Positions 8,831 to 19,063 are shown, counted from the first letter of the stretch. The stretch: DNA of 64,000 bases from a virus (IMGVR_UViG_3300001525_000609:1-64000), one strand, 5' to 3'. Notes: generated by a model from the sequence alone, not told the origin. Made by a program: numbers and translations.

Positions 8831-8928
8831 TTTCAAGGATAGAACGGGCTCTCACATCCAGAGGATTCTGGGTGCTGAAAGTCTGTTCCATCCCCTTTCA
8901 GATAGCCTTGATATACAGAGTTGATAAG

Positions 8929-9387
8929 ATGATATCTGATACTGAAGCCATGAACTACATCCTCGGCGTGCCTGCCGAGTTCGTGCCGATGACCATGGTC
9001 ATCGCCCTCGTCGTCGGACTGATCGGAACCTTCGCGATGTCCCTGCCCGCCTATTACGAGCAAGACAAGATCGTTGCAAGATCAGGAGGAGAGAAACTCT
9101 CTTATGGTCTTTCCTATCTTTCGGCCAACATCATAACAGTCATCGCATGCGTGATACTGTCTCTTGTCATCATCGGATGGTACGCTGAAGCATCCGGAGC
9201 CGTTGTGACCGGCGGACTTTGCTACGCAGTCGCTTTTGTTGTGTCTATATTCATCGGATTCGGGGGTTCCAAGCTGGTATCTCTCCCTTTCGTGGAATCT
9301 TACCGCAACAAGGCCAAGGCCGCTGATGCAAGGGCTGAAAGCACCGAGACTGCTATCGTCGAGATCCCTACGCTCAACAAGCAATAA
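8929..9387 (+). CDS. Multi-pass membrane protein (possible holin-like protein)
   Basis: Three to four hydrophobic segments and a charged C-terminus. Confidence 0.45.
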   Translation: MISDTEAMNYILGVPAEFVPMTMVIALVVGLIGTFAMSLPAYYEQDKIVARSGGEKLSYGLSYLSANIITVIACVILSLVIIGWYAEASGAVVTGGLCYAVAFVVSIFIGFGGSKLVSLPFVESYRNKAKAADARAESTETAIVEIPTLNKQ

Positions 9388-9446
9388 GCGAATCTCAGCT
9401 AAACCTTTTATCAACCCTCGGCATATACTGTGCCGAGGGGTAATTT

Positions 9447-9911
9447 TTGTCAAGGAAGTCTGAAGAATTCGAGGAGCAATTGCGCAAGGACATCGATTAT
9501 GACGACATGCGCACTTTGCCGACCGATCTGTTGGAACGCAACTGCGATGCCGATACCGTCAACAGATTCAGAGACAGCCTATACAGACAGGAATCGCGCA
9601 TCATCCGTAGAATGACCGAGAGATCGGGAACTGCGGACGAGATGGAGAAATACAGGGCCACGAAGGGCGATTATGGAATAGATGCCCGTGAGTTCGCGCT
9701 TCACGATAATGTCGCTTGGATCTACTTCAATTATTATGGGGAGAACTTCGAAGGCGGAGAGATAATGGACAATGATAAAGCGCCTTACGAGTGCCCCGGA
9801 TGCCACCTCAAATACGGCATGACATTGAAACAGATACCCGAGAGGTGTTTGAGGTGCGGATGGCTGACCCCCCTGGGCAGATTGATAAGAGATGGTGTTC
9901 TTAGGCGTTGA
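9447..9911 (+). CDS. Protein with C-terminal C4 zinc ribbon
   Basis: CPGC...CLRC motif. Confidence 0.6.
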   Translation: MSRKSEEFEEQLRKDIDYDDMRTLPTDLLERNCDADTVNRFRDSLYRQESRIIRRMTERSGTADEMEKYRATKGDYGIDAREFALHDNVAWIYFNYYGENFEGGEIMDNDKAPYECPGCHLKYGMTLKQIPERCLRCGWLTPLGRLIRDGVLRR

Positions 9912-9941
9912 CCTTTTAAATCATGGAGGGGTTTTAAGATC

Positions 9942-10397
9942 ATGAGCTATGATTCTGAAATGGACAGGATTTCCACGAAGCTGCGGAACAAGAATTCACA
10001 ACGTGACGTGACCGATATCATCCGCGCAATAATGATGTCACCTGTTTCATCCAAATTAGGGACAGATATAATCGACGTTGACGGCACGCGCCCCATAGAC
10101 ACGCTGAAAGGCAAACCGCTTGATGTCCAGACTGCTATGCTTCTAGGCGTGACCTCTAAGGCCCTTAAGACCACGGACCTGAAATGCATTGAGCTTCTTC
10201 TGAAATACGGCGGATACGAGCCACCTAAGCAACAGCAGGTCACAGTAGATCTGCCTGAGTTTGTCGATACGATAGAGCTTCGTGCAGCTATGAAAGCAGA
10301 AGCTGATTCAGTCGTGGTCGAAGCTGTTGTCCCCGATGTCAAAGAGGAAGACGCGCTCGATGTGCCCGAGGACGATCATGGCGAGACAGCAGATTGA
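9942..10397 (+). CDS. Putative terminase small subunit
   Basis: 151 aa, helical, overlapping the start of the terminase large subunit. The call is positional. Confidence 0.5.
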   Translation: MSYDSEMDRISTKLRNKNSQRDVTDIIRAIMMSPVSSKLGTDIIDVDGTRPIDTLKGKPLDVQTAMLLGVTSKALKTTDLKCIELLLKYGGYEPPKQQQVTVDLPEFVDTIELRAAMKAEADSVVVEAVVPDVKEEDALDVPEDDHGETAD

Positions 10398-11751
10398 TGT
10401 AGGCGCCCTTGTCGGGAGGGGGTATGACGAGTTCTGGACAAACAAATCGTTGTATCGTCTCTGCAAGGGCGCTAAGGGGTCGAAGAAAACGACCACGTGC
10501 GCCATATATTACATCTATCACCTGATGAAGTACCCTGATGCGAACCTCCTTGTAGTACGCAAGGTCTATCGTACCATCAAAGATTCAGTGTTCGCCAATC
10601 TGATCTGGGCAATAGACAAGCTCGGCGTCACATCTCTTTGGAAGATCAACAGGTCTGACCTTGAGATGGTATACATCCCCACGGGACAGAAGATCTTGTT
10701 CAGAGGCATGGATGACCCATATAAGCTCGCATCCATCACTGTATCCAAGGGCGTCTTATGCTGGGTCTGGTTCGAGGAATTCTTTGAGATCACCTCTGAA
10801 GACGCATTCAACAAGCTCACTATGTCAATCCGCGGTCAGATGCCTCCTGGTTCGGGCCTATGGAAACAATTTACATGCACATTCAACCCGTGGTCGGAGA
10901 ACTCTTGGATCAAGAAACGCTTCTTTGACAATCCTGATGCCGACACGTTCACGTGCACGACTACGTATAAGGATAATGAGTTCTTAGATGAGGTCGATAT
11001 CGCCAGATATACAGCGATGTATAAGAACAATCCCCGCCAGGCGCGTGTCTATTGTGATGGAGATTGGGGCATTGCCGAGGGGCTGATCTACACCAATTGG
11101 CGCGAGGAGGAGTTCGACATACATGAGGTCCTCGCCAGTTCATCGAGGATAAAGACCTCGTTCGGGCTTGATTTCGGGTATTCCATATCATACAATGCGT
11201 TCATAGCCATCGCAGTGGATCTGGAAGGACAGAAACTATGGGTCTTTGACGAATTGTATTTCAGAGGCGTAGGGAATGCAGAGATAGCACGCAGGATAAC
11301 TGAAGCTGGCTACTCTAAGGAGCAGATATGGGCCGACCCCGCAGATTGTAAGTCTATTAGCGACCTGCAAAACGGCATCCCCTATGAAGAATATATCGAC
11401 GGAGTGCCCACGCTGACCAATTGGATACTGCCCGCCATCGTTCCTGCACTGAAGGGCCCCGATAGCGTCAATTTCGGGATAGTGCAGTTGCAATCATTCG
11501 AGATGATCATCCATCCATCCTGCATCAACACGATAAAAGAGCTTAACAACTATCGTTATGATCAAGATAAGGACGGGAATTTCCTGAATAAGCCGATCAA
11601 GGATTGGGATCACTTGATGGATGCAATGAGGTATGCCTGTTGCAAATGGTTCATCCGTGGAAAAGGAAAGGTCGTCGAAGCCAAAGGTTCAGACTCTAGA
11701 GGAGAGAAGAGATCACATGGCTCTAAGCGTGTGGTGTCTTCCGTCGTATAA
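10378..11751 (+). CDS. terL: Terminase large subunit (PBSX-like)
   Basis: Walker A-like GAKGSKKTT, LVVRK, FRGMDD, Walker B WVWFEE, TFNP, nuclease motifs GLDFG and DHLMDAMRY. Confidence 0.95.
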   Translation: MARQQIDVGALVGRGYDEFWTNKSLYRLCKGAKGSKKTTTCAIYYIYHLMKYPDANLLVVRKVYRTIKDSVFANLIWAIDKLGVTSLWKINRSDLEMVYIPTGQKILFRGMDDPYKLASITVSKGVLCWVWFEEFFEITSEDAFNKLTMSIRGQMPPGSGLWKQFTCTFNPWSENSWIKKRFFDNPDADTFTCTTTYKDNEFLDEVDIARYTAMYKNNPRQARVYCDGDWGIAEGLIYTNWREEEFDIHEVLASSSRIKTSFGLDFGYSISYNAFIAIAVDLEGQKLWVFDELYFRGVGNAEIARRITEAGYSKEQIWADPADCKSISDLQNGIPYEEYIDGVPTLTNWILPAIVPALKGPDSVNFGIVQLQSFEMIIHPSCINTIKELNNYRYDQDKDGNFLNKPIKDWDHLMDAMRYACCKWFIRGKGKVVEAKGSDSRGEKRSHGSKRVVSSVV

Positions 11752-11782
11752 ATATAATGCAACGTATACAGAAAGTGATATT

Positions 11783-13519
11783 ATGGTTCGCGTATCTGGT
11801 CCGCGCACGTCGTTTGCGAAATCAAACAGCATAACGGCACCTGCTCCGGACGTTCATGACGTCGCATTGTCTCTTGCGACAGGAATCAGCGACAAAGAGA
11901 CTTATAACCAGATGAAAGAGGGCAGTCGCATACGCACTGCGATCATGAATGCCGAGCGTCCGTCGAATGTCTGGTTCAGAGTGACCGATCAGACGAGCTA
12001 CTGGTACATGTATGCGCTCATGGACTGGTACAGGTCTGAAGTATCTGTTTTGTCTACAATCATATCCAGGTCTACCACAGAGCTGTTCCGTCATGATCTG
12101 GACCTTCAACCGAAGTTCGCAAGGAAATGCACAGAGTGCGGTCATGAGCATCAGACAATCATCACAAAATGTCCTGTATGCGGTTCTGTGCACCTTCGCA
12201 AACCCGATGATGCCCAGAAAGCGTATTTTGTCAGGCCTAATGGGAGGTCGTTCATAGATGAAGCCAATGGCAACGGGCAATCTCTGAAAGACGTGCTCAA
12301 ATCCTATGCCGAGAGCCAATTTCAGAACAATGAAGCATACATGCTCTGCGTGACCGGTGATTTCGTAGACCCGGACAACTGCGAGCTTCAGAGATCATAT
12401 CCTCTTGAATTCCTCGCTCAAGACCCTAAATTCGTCATGGGTCTTTTCAACGACAAAGGGGTGTTCGGCACCACCTATGCTTTCACAAGAGACCAGCGCG
12501 ACTCCATCATCAATCTGGACGAGACACCTGAAGCTCTTAATGATTGCACTGAAGAAGGAAAGATCCTGTACCCTGCTGCGTGGAAGATAGGCGAGTCGTA
12601 TGGAGCCATGGGCAAATACCTTCTGTACACCTCTGATGAAGTGTACCACGACCACTGGTTCAGACAGGCGCTCACATACGGGGTGCCGATATGGTATGAT
12701 ATTGAAGATGACCTGCTGACATATCACTATCTGGAGAAGCACTTCCACAAAAGGTACAAGTTCGGGTATGTCCGTAAGATGGTCATCCTGCCAGGATTCA
12801 ATGCAGAGGATGTGGAGGATATCACGAAAGGAATCCAAGACATTCTTGCTACAAACGACAATTCCATTCCGATCATATGCACTCCACCTCAGATACCAGG
12901 CACTGCCGAGATGAAGGCTCAGACATTGGAGCTGGGTACTGAAGATGCGAGCCAGGCGATGCAGATCAAGAATGATATCCGCGATCGTCTTTGTGCCCAT
13001 GCAGGAATGCCTAACATCTTTGCAGGCGATGTAGAAGCATCAGGAGGGATGAACAATGAGTCTCAGCAGATCACTATCTTTGATAGATACCTGATGGACA
13101 AATACAGCTACATTGATAATCTTTGCAAATGGATAATGAGCTGGTTCCCACAGATAACCGATTGGGAGCTGGTCGTCAACAGGCCTTCCAAAGCATACAC
13201 TGATGCTAAGAGACGCATCGATAAGATCCAAGAGGCTCAGATGATGAAAGGTCTTGGATTCGATGTGTTCTATGAGAATGGCGACTTCCGTTTCTCCGAA
13301 GAACCCATAGACCAGATACAACGCAAACAACAAGAAGCTATGATGGCTGCAAGCGCGAATCAGCCTCAACAAGAAGTCGTGGATGGTGGCATGGTGCCGG
13401 GCGATGGTGAGGGGCCTCCTGAGGAAGGGACCGCTAGACGGGAGGATGACGAGATCGATGCCTCAAAAGATGAAATCGACCTGTCGAAACGTGAGGCTGA
13501 GGACGCATATTCGGGATGA
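11783..13519 (+). CDS. Portal protein with a zinc-ribbon insertion
   Basis: Follows TerL. About 580 aa with GMPNIFAG...GGMNNE and an acidic tail. Contains CTEC...CPVC. The start could be 11717. Confidence 0.75.
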   Translation: MVRVSGPRTSFAKSNSITAPAPDVHDVALSLATGISDKETYNQMKEGSRIRTAIMNAERPSNVWFRVTDQTSYWYMYALMDWYRSEVSVLSTIISRSTTELFRHDLDLQPKFARKCTECGHEHQTIITKCPVCGSVHLRKPDDAQKAYFVRPNGRSFIDEANGNGQSLKDVLKSYAESQFQNNEAYMLCVTGDFVDPDNCELQRSYPLEFLAQDPKFVMGLFNDKGVFGTTYAFTRDQRDSIINLDETPEALNDCTEEGKILYPAAWKIGESYGAMGKYLLYTSDEVYHDHWFRQALTYGVPIWYDIEDDLLTYHYLEKHFHKRYKFGYVRKMVILPGFNAEDVEDITKGIQDILATNDNSIPIICTPPQIPGTAEMKAQTLELGTEDASQAMQIKNDIRDRLCAHAGMPNIFAGDVEASGGMNNESQQITIFDRYLMDKYSYIDNLCKWIMSWFPQITDWELVVNRPSKAYTDAKRRIDKIQEAQMMKGLGFDVFYENGDFRFSEEPIDQIQRKQQEAMMAASANQPQQEVVDGGMVPGDGEGPPEEGTARREDDEIDASKDEIDLSKREAEDAYSG

Positions 13520-14172
13520 TCATGGAGTGGGAGTATCATATCACTGCACCGGATGGAGGCGACCCCATCCCTATAATCCTGAAGATGCTGGAATCATATG
13601 ATGAGCTGAAGCCTTGTTCAGTCCACGTGGATTCAGGCCATGCGGGGCACGTCGAGTTCGGCACAGAGCCTGCCAATACGACTCCGAGATACAATCTTGA
13701 TTCGATGAATAGAATGATCTCTCCCGTCAAGCAGGCTATCAGAGAATGGGCTGCGACGAAATTCGGATTGAGCGACCCGGGGGAGATAGCACGTGCAGGA
13801 GACCGCATCTATCACAACATCATGGAGAACGGCATGCTCCCTATACCTTATCTTCGGCCTGCTATGTATGATGTGAAGAACGAATTGGAAAGTGAAGACG
13901 ATTCTATTGTAGATATCCCTCACCTGAACGGTGTTGTATGGGAGATCTGCGAAAAGATCGCAGACAGAGCCAAGGAGATCATCACTGCAAATGATACAAT
14001 ATACACAGAGGAGCTACGGGATTCAATAAAAGTTATGAATCCCTCTGATGTTCCTGTCAGCTCATCGCCTGATTCCGTGTCAACTGGAATGATACCTGAG
14101 TCGATCTGGCAAAGCGATGACCTTGCAAAAGATGGGATACGCAGACCTCGTCCTGATTGGAGGCGTCGCTGA
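13516..14172 (+). CDS. HK97 gp10-like morphogenesis protein
   Basis: HAGHVEFGT, PYLRPAM and TEELRDSI motifs. Confidence 0.55.
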   Translation: MIMEWEYHITAPDGGDPIPIILKMLESYDELKPCSVHVDSGHAGHVEFGTEPANTTPRYNLDSMNRMISPVKQAIREWAATKFGLSDPGEIARAGDRIYHNIMENGMLPIPYLRPAMYDVKNELESEDDSIVDIPHLNGVVWEICEKIADRAKEIITANDTIYTEELRDSIKVMNPSDVPVSSSPDSVSTGMIPESIWQSDDLAKDGIRRPRPDWRRR

Positions 14173-14609
14173 TGTATCCGAATCGCAAATCGTTGAGAGT
14201 GTTCGAAATGCTCTGTGACGTGCCGAATCGTTGGATCGATGTCATGGAAGTCGCCCGCATCCTCAACATGACAGCGCGCCAAGTATCTACTGCGGTCCTA
14301 TGTCTGCCTGACGGACTGATCCAGAAGGAACGTCATGATGGCATTCTCCAGGTCCGCCTGAACGGAACGCCCGAGGAGCTGACTCATAAGCTGTTCGAAC
14401 TCAAGGCCATGTCTTTGGACGTCTCTGAGGATATGAAGGATAAAGTGCAATCTGTCCTGACAACAGATTGGCTCACGGTGGAAGAAATTTGCGAATTGAC
14501 CGATCTTACTCCCAGCGAGGTGTCGAACACCCTCTCTGTATTGGAGAATGCCGCCTTGAAATATGTAGGGCGGGTTCAACTATGCAGAGTGGCCAAGCTG
14601 GATATGTAA
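14172..14609 (+). CDS. Tandem winged-HTH DNA-binding protein
   Basis: Two HTH-like segments: WIDVMEVARILNMTARQVSTAV and WLTVEEICELTDLTPSEVSNTL. Confidence 0.65.
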   Translation: MYPNRKSLRVFEMLCDVPNRWIDVMEVARILNMTARQVSTAVLCLPDGLIQKERHDGILQVRLNGTPEELTHKLFELKAMSLDVSEDMKDKVQSVLTTDWLTVEEICELTDLTPSEVSNTLSVLENAALKYVGRVQLCRVAKLDM

Positions 14610-14697
14610 GATTCCTTCAATTCATAGACAGGATTAAAGTCCATGTCGTGATTAAAGCACGCAGATTGAAGTTGAGGTTGTCCCATAGGAGGTTGCG

Positions 14698-15726
14698 ATG
14701 TATCAGAATGTATTCGAATTGCCGAATCAGGTCCGTAATTCATTAGATGAATCAGATCAGAAGACCTTTCTGGACGTATATAACAAAGCAGACCCGAAAA
14801 CGACCGAAGAAGCTCGTGCTGCGCTGAGAAAAGCATGGATGGCCTGCAAAGACCTGCCTTCTTCATTCTCATTCAAGATAATCGCGTCAGTGGAAGATGT
14901 GGATATCGACAGAGAGATTCTGGATATCGATTCTTTGAAGAACCATATGGATGATTTTATCGATCGCGGAGGAAATATCCAGAACGACCATCATAATTTC
15001 CAATTAGGCACGATCTGGGATTGGGAGCCGTATAAAGTCGATGATAAAAACGGTATAGTGGTGTGGGGAAACCTGTTCGGAGGCGACAGCGTATATGATG
15101 ACGCGAGGGAAGCTTTCGTTAAGGGGACAAACAGTCTTTCAGTAGCAGGCTCGGCAGACAGAGGCAGATTCCAATGCGATGAAAAGGGATGTTACACCCG
15201 TCGTAATGTGAATCAGTTGCTGGAGATATCACTGTGCAAAGTGCCTGCTAACAGCTACTGCAAGCTTCAATGGTACAATGAAGATGCGAAGTTCTCCAAA
15301 TCGAAGGATGATTCGGAGATTCCAATGGATGTGGTCGAATACACGATCCATAAGGACTATCAATACTGCCCCATTCAAAGGCTCAAGCGCGACCTGAGAA
15401 AAGCAGGATTCGATGCTCATGCAAGGACAAACGGCGTGTTCATACCTACAGACGACTTCAGGAAGACTCGCATCATCGCTAAATCCTGCGGAATAATCGC
15501 AGAGCCTGTCGAAGGAGGCGCTCTCCTCAACAGGCGCAACGATATGATCGAGAAATATTATCGTGAAGGCACATCATCAGGATACATGGATGATGCGGGG
15601 AACCTTAAGCCTACCGTGACGAAAAGCAAATTCTTCGAGATAGCAAAGTATGGGTTGCTCGCCAACGATGGAAAGAATTGGAGCCTGATGTTCCCCGATG
15701 CAGATTTTGACGAAAATGACCCGTAA
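14698..15726 (+). CDS. Prohead (maturation) protease, HK97/XkdF-like
   Basis: ASVEDVDIDRE, catalytic His context IQNDHH, SLSVAG and LEISLCKVPAN motifs. Lies between portal and scaffold/capsid. Confidence 0.85.
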   Translation: MYQNVFELPNQVRNSLDESDQKTFLDVYNKADPKTTEEARAALRKAWMACKDLPSSFSFKIIASVEDVDIDREILDIDSLKNHMDDFIDRGGNIQNDHHNFQLGTIWDWEPYKVDDKNGIVVWGNLFGGDSVYDDAREAFVKGTNSLSVAGSADRGRFQCDEKGCYTRRNVNQLLEISLCKVPANSYCKLQWYNEDAKFSKSKDDSEIPMDVVEYTIHKDYQYCPIQRLKRDLRKAGFDAHARTNGVFIPTDDFRKTRIIAKSCGIIAEPVEGGALLNRRNDMIEKYYREGTSSGYMDDAGNLKPTVTKSKFFEIAKYGLLANDGKNWSLMFPDADFDENDP

Positions 15727-15768
15727 TTGCTTAAATACATAACGGCATTATGCCGATAGGGTCTGCCT

Positions 15769-17748
15769 ATGAACGATGATGAGAAATGGGACGAGTTCAA
15801 ACGGAATTCGGCCCGTATCCAGAAGGCATCTGTTTCTGAGAAGCTCGATGCCATCGCTGCATCTCTCAACGCTATGCATGCTGATACGAGCCAGATTCCT
15901 AACCTCAGTTCCAAAATCATGGGCGATGAGGGGGCCATCGAGACTGCTAACAGTACAGCGATGGGCTCTCCGACGCCCGATGCGCCTCCTGATATGGGAG
16001 GCCTTGGAGATGAATCTATGAATACAGAGGATATGAACATGCCTCCTGCACCCGAAGATGGAACAGGTGCTGCTCCTGAGGCTCCTCCTGTCGGAGGCGC
16101 ACCTCCTAGCGCACCTGCGCCTGATGCGCCCCCTGTTGGCGGAGATATGGGCGACATGCCTGGTGCACCAGGAGCGCCTGAAAGCGAAGGGGATGACGAT
16201 CTTTCCGACGAGGATATCGAAGCCCTTCTCGATGAAATATACGGGGCGATGGATGGGAGTAAATCTGATGAAGCTCCGCCTGAACCTGCTATCGGCAACG
16301 CAGACCCAGAGGTTCCTGCAACGGGCGGTGCAGGGCTTGCAGATGCAGCCAACAATCTCTTGGCAGCGCTGAGACAAGCCGCGCATGAAGCTGTGGATGC
16401 AGACGATACGGGCAAAGTGATGGAGCTTATTCAGCTTGAGCAACAGCTCCAGCAGACCCTAGGGGGCATCACCGATCTGACTGAGCCCGATACTACAATC
16501 GGTCCTGAAGGCGATGCGGACTTGAGCGATGCAGGTGCTATGCCTGAAGACGAGGGTGCAGGAATGGCTGGCGCAGATGCGCTTGATGGTTTCGCGCCCG
16601 ATCTCTCTCCAGATGACCTTGGAGAAGCTTCAGATATTGCCGATGGTGCAGACCTCCCTCCTGAAGAAGGCGAATCCGAGCCTGCACCTGATGCCGATTC
16701 AGGTATCGACACCAGCTTGAGCAATCTTAGCAGTGATAGTAAAAGCGAGAAGGGCGACAGTGCGGAAGGAGATTCCAAAGAGAAATCTGCGGGCGACTCT
16801 AAGGACGACTCGAAAGATGATGATAAAGAATCCAAGGACGATGATGACGACAAAAAAGATGTCAAAAAGTCTGCGGATTGCGACGAGGACGAAGATTGCG
16901 ACGAACCTGAATCCGAAGATATCGATGAAATCATCAAGAAATCCATGATACCTCCCACCCCTTCATTCAAAGACATGATGGAGGGCAAATTCGATATGAA
17001 GTACTTCATGAAAGGCGATAGAGAAGGATATGTCGATGGGGACTTGATTTTCAAGGACCCGATGGTGGACAAAGTAGATATGGAGGGCATGCCCGATGGG
17101 TGCGGTCGCTATCTCGCCAAATCAGATGATCGTATTGCCACTGCCAGAGGTATCTTCGATAGGGAGATGATGACCGGATATACCGACCCTGACTCCATCG
17201 CACAGCCGAGGGGAGCCGAAGAAGCTCTAAGTCATACAGGTTCCACGAACCCTGAGGGGGTATCACAGGCAGACCGCATCATGGACATCAGGAAATCTTC
17301 TGATGACGACATAGCATCCAGTGGAACCGCACAGGAAGCACTCAGTCATACCGGCACAACCGACCCCGAGTCCGTTGCACAAGCAGAGCCAGCAATCAAT
17401 ATTGATGGCGGTGATGAATCGGAGGGGGAGACTGTTCAGAAATCTGAAGAGAACATCGCCCCTGCAATGGTCGAGCCTCCGAAAGCTGACGAGAACTCCA
17501 ACATCGCAAAGGGCCGTCATATCATGACGCTCAAGGAGATGATGAACGGCATCGCGACTTCACAGAGCAGGCCTTTCGCCAAATCCTCCGTATCGGGGGA
17601 GATATCTCGGCCTGAGTTGACTGCTGCTACCGAATTCCAGAAATCACAGAATCCGCCTGTCAGGATGGGACACGGGGTCGATCCCATGGATGTGATTAAA
17701 AACGATTTGAACGAGTACAACCTTTATAAGGCTAGGACTAAATTCTGA
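15769..17748 (+). CDS. Acidic, low-complexity scaffolding protein
   Basis: 659 aa rich in D/E/P/G/A, directly upstream of the capsid gene. Internal duplicated EALSHTG.T.PE.V.QA unit and many xxKS sites. Confidence 0.7.
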   Translation: MNDDEKWDEFKRNSARIQKASVSEKLDAIAASLNAMHADTSQIPNLSSKIMGDEGAIETANSTAMGSPTPDAPPDMGGLGDESMNTEDMNMPPAPEDGTGAAPEAPPVGGAPPSAPAPDAPPVGGDMGDMPGAPGAPESEGDDDLSDEDIEALLDEIYGAMDGSKSDEAPPEPAIGNADPEVPATGGAGLADAANNLLAALRQAAHEAVDADDTGKVMELIQLEQQLQQTLGGITDLTEPDTTIGPEGDADLSDAGAMPEDEGAGMAGADALDGFAPDLSPDDLGEASDIADGADLPPEEGESEPAPDADSGIDTSLSNLSSDSKSEKGDSAEGDSKEKSAGDSKDDSKDDDKESKDDDDDKKDVKKSADCDEDEDCDEPESEDIDEIIKKSMIPPTPSFKDMMEGKFDMKYFMKGDREGYVDGDLIFKDPMVDKVDMEGMPDGCGRYLAKSDDRIATARGIFDREMMTGYTDPDSIAQPRGAEEALSHTGSTNPEGVSQADRIMDIRKSSDDDIASSGTAQEALSHTGTTDPESVAQAEPAINIDGGDESEGETVQKSEENIAPAMVEPPKADENSNIAKGRHIMTLKEMMNGIATSQSRPFAKSSVSGEISRPELTAATEFQKSQNPPVRMGHGVDPMDVIKNDLNEYNLYKARTKF

Positions 17749-17758
17749 GGCAGATATT

Positions 17759-19063
17759 ATGAGCGGACAGTTCATTATGCAAAACGGTAAGATGACCACC
17801 ACTTACCCCGAGAAAGCGGAGGAGACGTGGAATCTTATCGAGGACTTCTACGCGAATCAATACCATTTCGCGAAGAGCGCAGGTGCGGCCGTCTACACTA
17901 CGGACCGCGAGAACGGATACACCAATGCGATCTATGGTAAATACATCACCGCAGGCATGTTCATGTCTGACAATGTGTTCACCGCACTCGGTGCTAAGCC
18001 GTATACTACCGAAGGAGTGAGGATCGCTACCGAGCTGGCAACATACGGTACTGTCACTGCCGAGGATATCGCAAGGGGCCTTACTGGATTCAACGAAGGC
18101 GATTTCGTCGGAATCGGAGCCACTACCGTCCAGGACGGGCGCATCCCCGGAAGCGTCAGGATGCCTGTCTCTGAGTTCAGAGAGCCTGCAAAAGAGATGC
18201 CTCTCAAATTCAACTACGGTCAGTATCTGGCTGCTATCGAGAACAAGGACGATGTCATTGCTAAGAAGGATTATCTGGACAAGATCTCCAAAAACTTCTC
18301 CGATCTGGTCGATAAGACCATCCTCAGGCACATCGAATGGAAGCAACCCGTCTATGAGGGCGCTGAAACTTCGCTCAATGCCCTGTCCAGGATCATCTCT
18401 GCGAACTCTGAGATCGGAAGGACTGTCGATGGAGTCACTCTTGATGCTGGAATGATCTCGCCTTATGGCGGACTCACAGCGTCTCGCGGAGATTTCTACA
18501 ACTTCCGTGCCAATGGACCTAGCGTTCTCGATTCCCAGGTCATCGACCTTGGAGGGGACAAGGTTCTGAACCTTAATGCCATGAGGAAGCTGTACAGGCA
18601 GTGCTCTGTCAATTGGGCAGACAGTGCTAATCCGAACAACAAGCTCTGGATCATGTCTAACATCGCCCAAGATAAGCTTGCAGCGCTTCACGAGGCGAAC
18701 CAGATCCAGCTGAACACCGTATATGTGCAAAGGGACTTCAATGGAGTCAAGACCATCCCTGGAAGAGACCTTGGACTTGTCGTCAGTTCCTACAACAAGA
18801 TCCCGATCATCCAGGATGGAAACCTCAATTACGATTACTCGAAGAAGAGGGTTTCTGACGTCAAGTTCGGAGACATCATGCTCGCAGATCTTGACCACGT
18901 ATGGATATCCCTGCTGAACCCCGTCAACCTTCACTCTGTGAACAACCCTGCCATCACCGACATCCTCCAAGAGATCAATGTCGTCCACATGAGGGCAGAG
19001 GTCAGGTGCGATGGATTCATCGGCAGCGGAAAGATCGTCGGAGTTCTCGACGACACCGTTTGA
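17759..19063 (+). CDS. Major capsid protein (HK97 fold inferred)
   Basis: 434 aa following protease and scaffold, with N-terminal FAKS site. The call rests on position, size and composition. Confidence 0.8.
   Translation: MSGQFIMQNGKMTTTYPEKAEETWNLIEDFYANQYHFAKSAGAAVYTTDRENGYTNAIYGKYITAGMFMSDNVFTALGAKPYTTEGVRIATELATYGTVTAEDIARGLTGFNEGDFVGIGATTVQDGRIPGSVRMPVSEFREPAKEMPLKFNYGQYLAAIENKDDVIAKKDYLDKISKNFSDLVDKTILRHIEWKQPVYEGAETSLNALSRIISANSEIGRTVDGVTLDAGMISPYGGLTASRGDFYNFRANGPSVLDSQVIDLGGDKVLNLNAMRKLYRQCSVNWADSANPNNKLWIMSNIAQDKLAALHEANQIQLNTVYVQRDFNGVKTIPGRDLGLVVSSYNKIPIIQDGNLNYDYSKKRVSDVKFGDIMLADLDHVWISLLNPVNLHSVNNPAITDILQEINVVHMRAEVRCDGFIGSGKIVGVLDDTV

Noticed and set aside
7955-8836. Long antisense ORFs (also 15558-16415, 17738-19096, 31063-32316, 43129-44409, 59792-60706)
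   Set aside because: They are shadows of well-supported genes on the opposite strand, expected in GC-rich coding DNA, and the scarcity of stops is compatible with codon bias.
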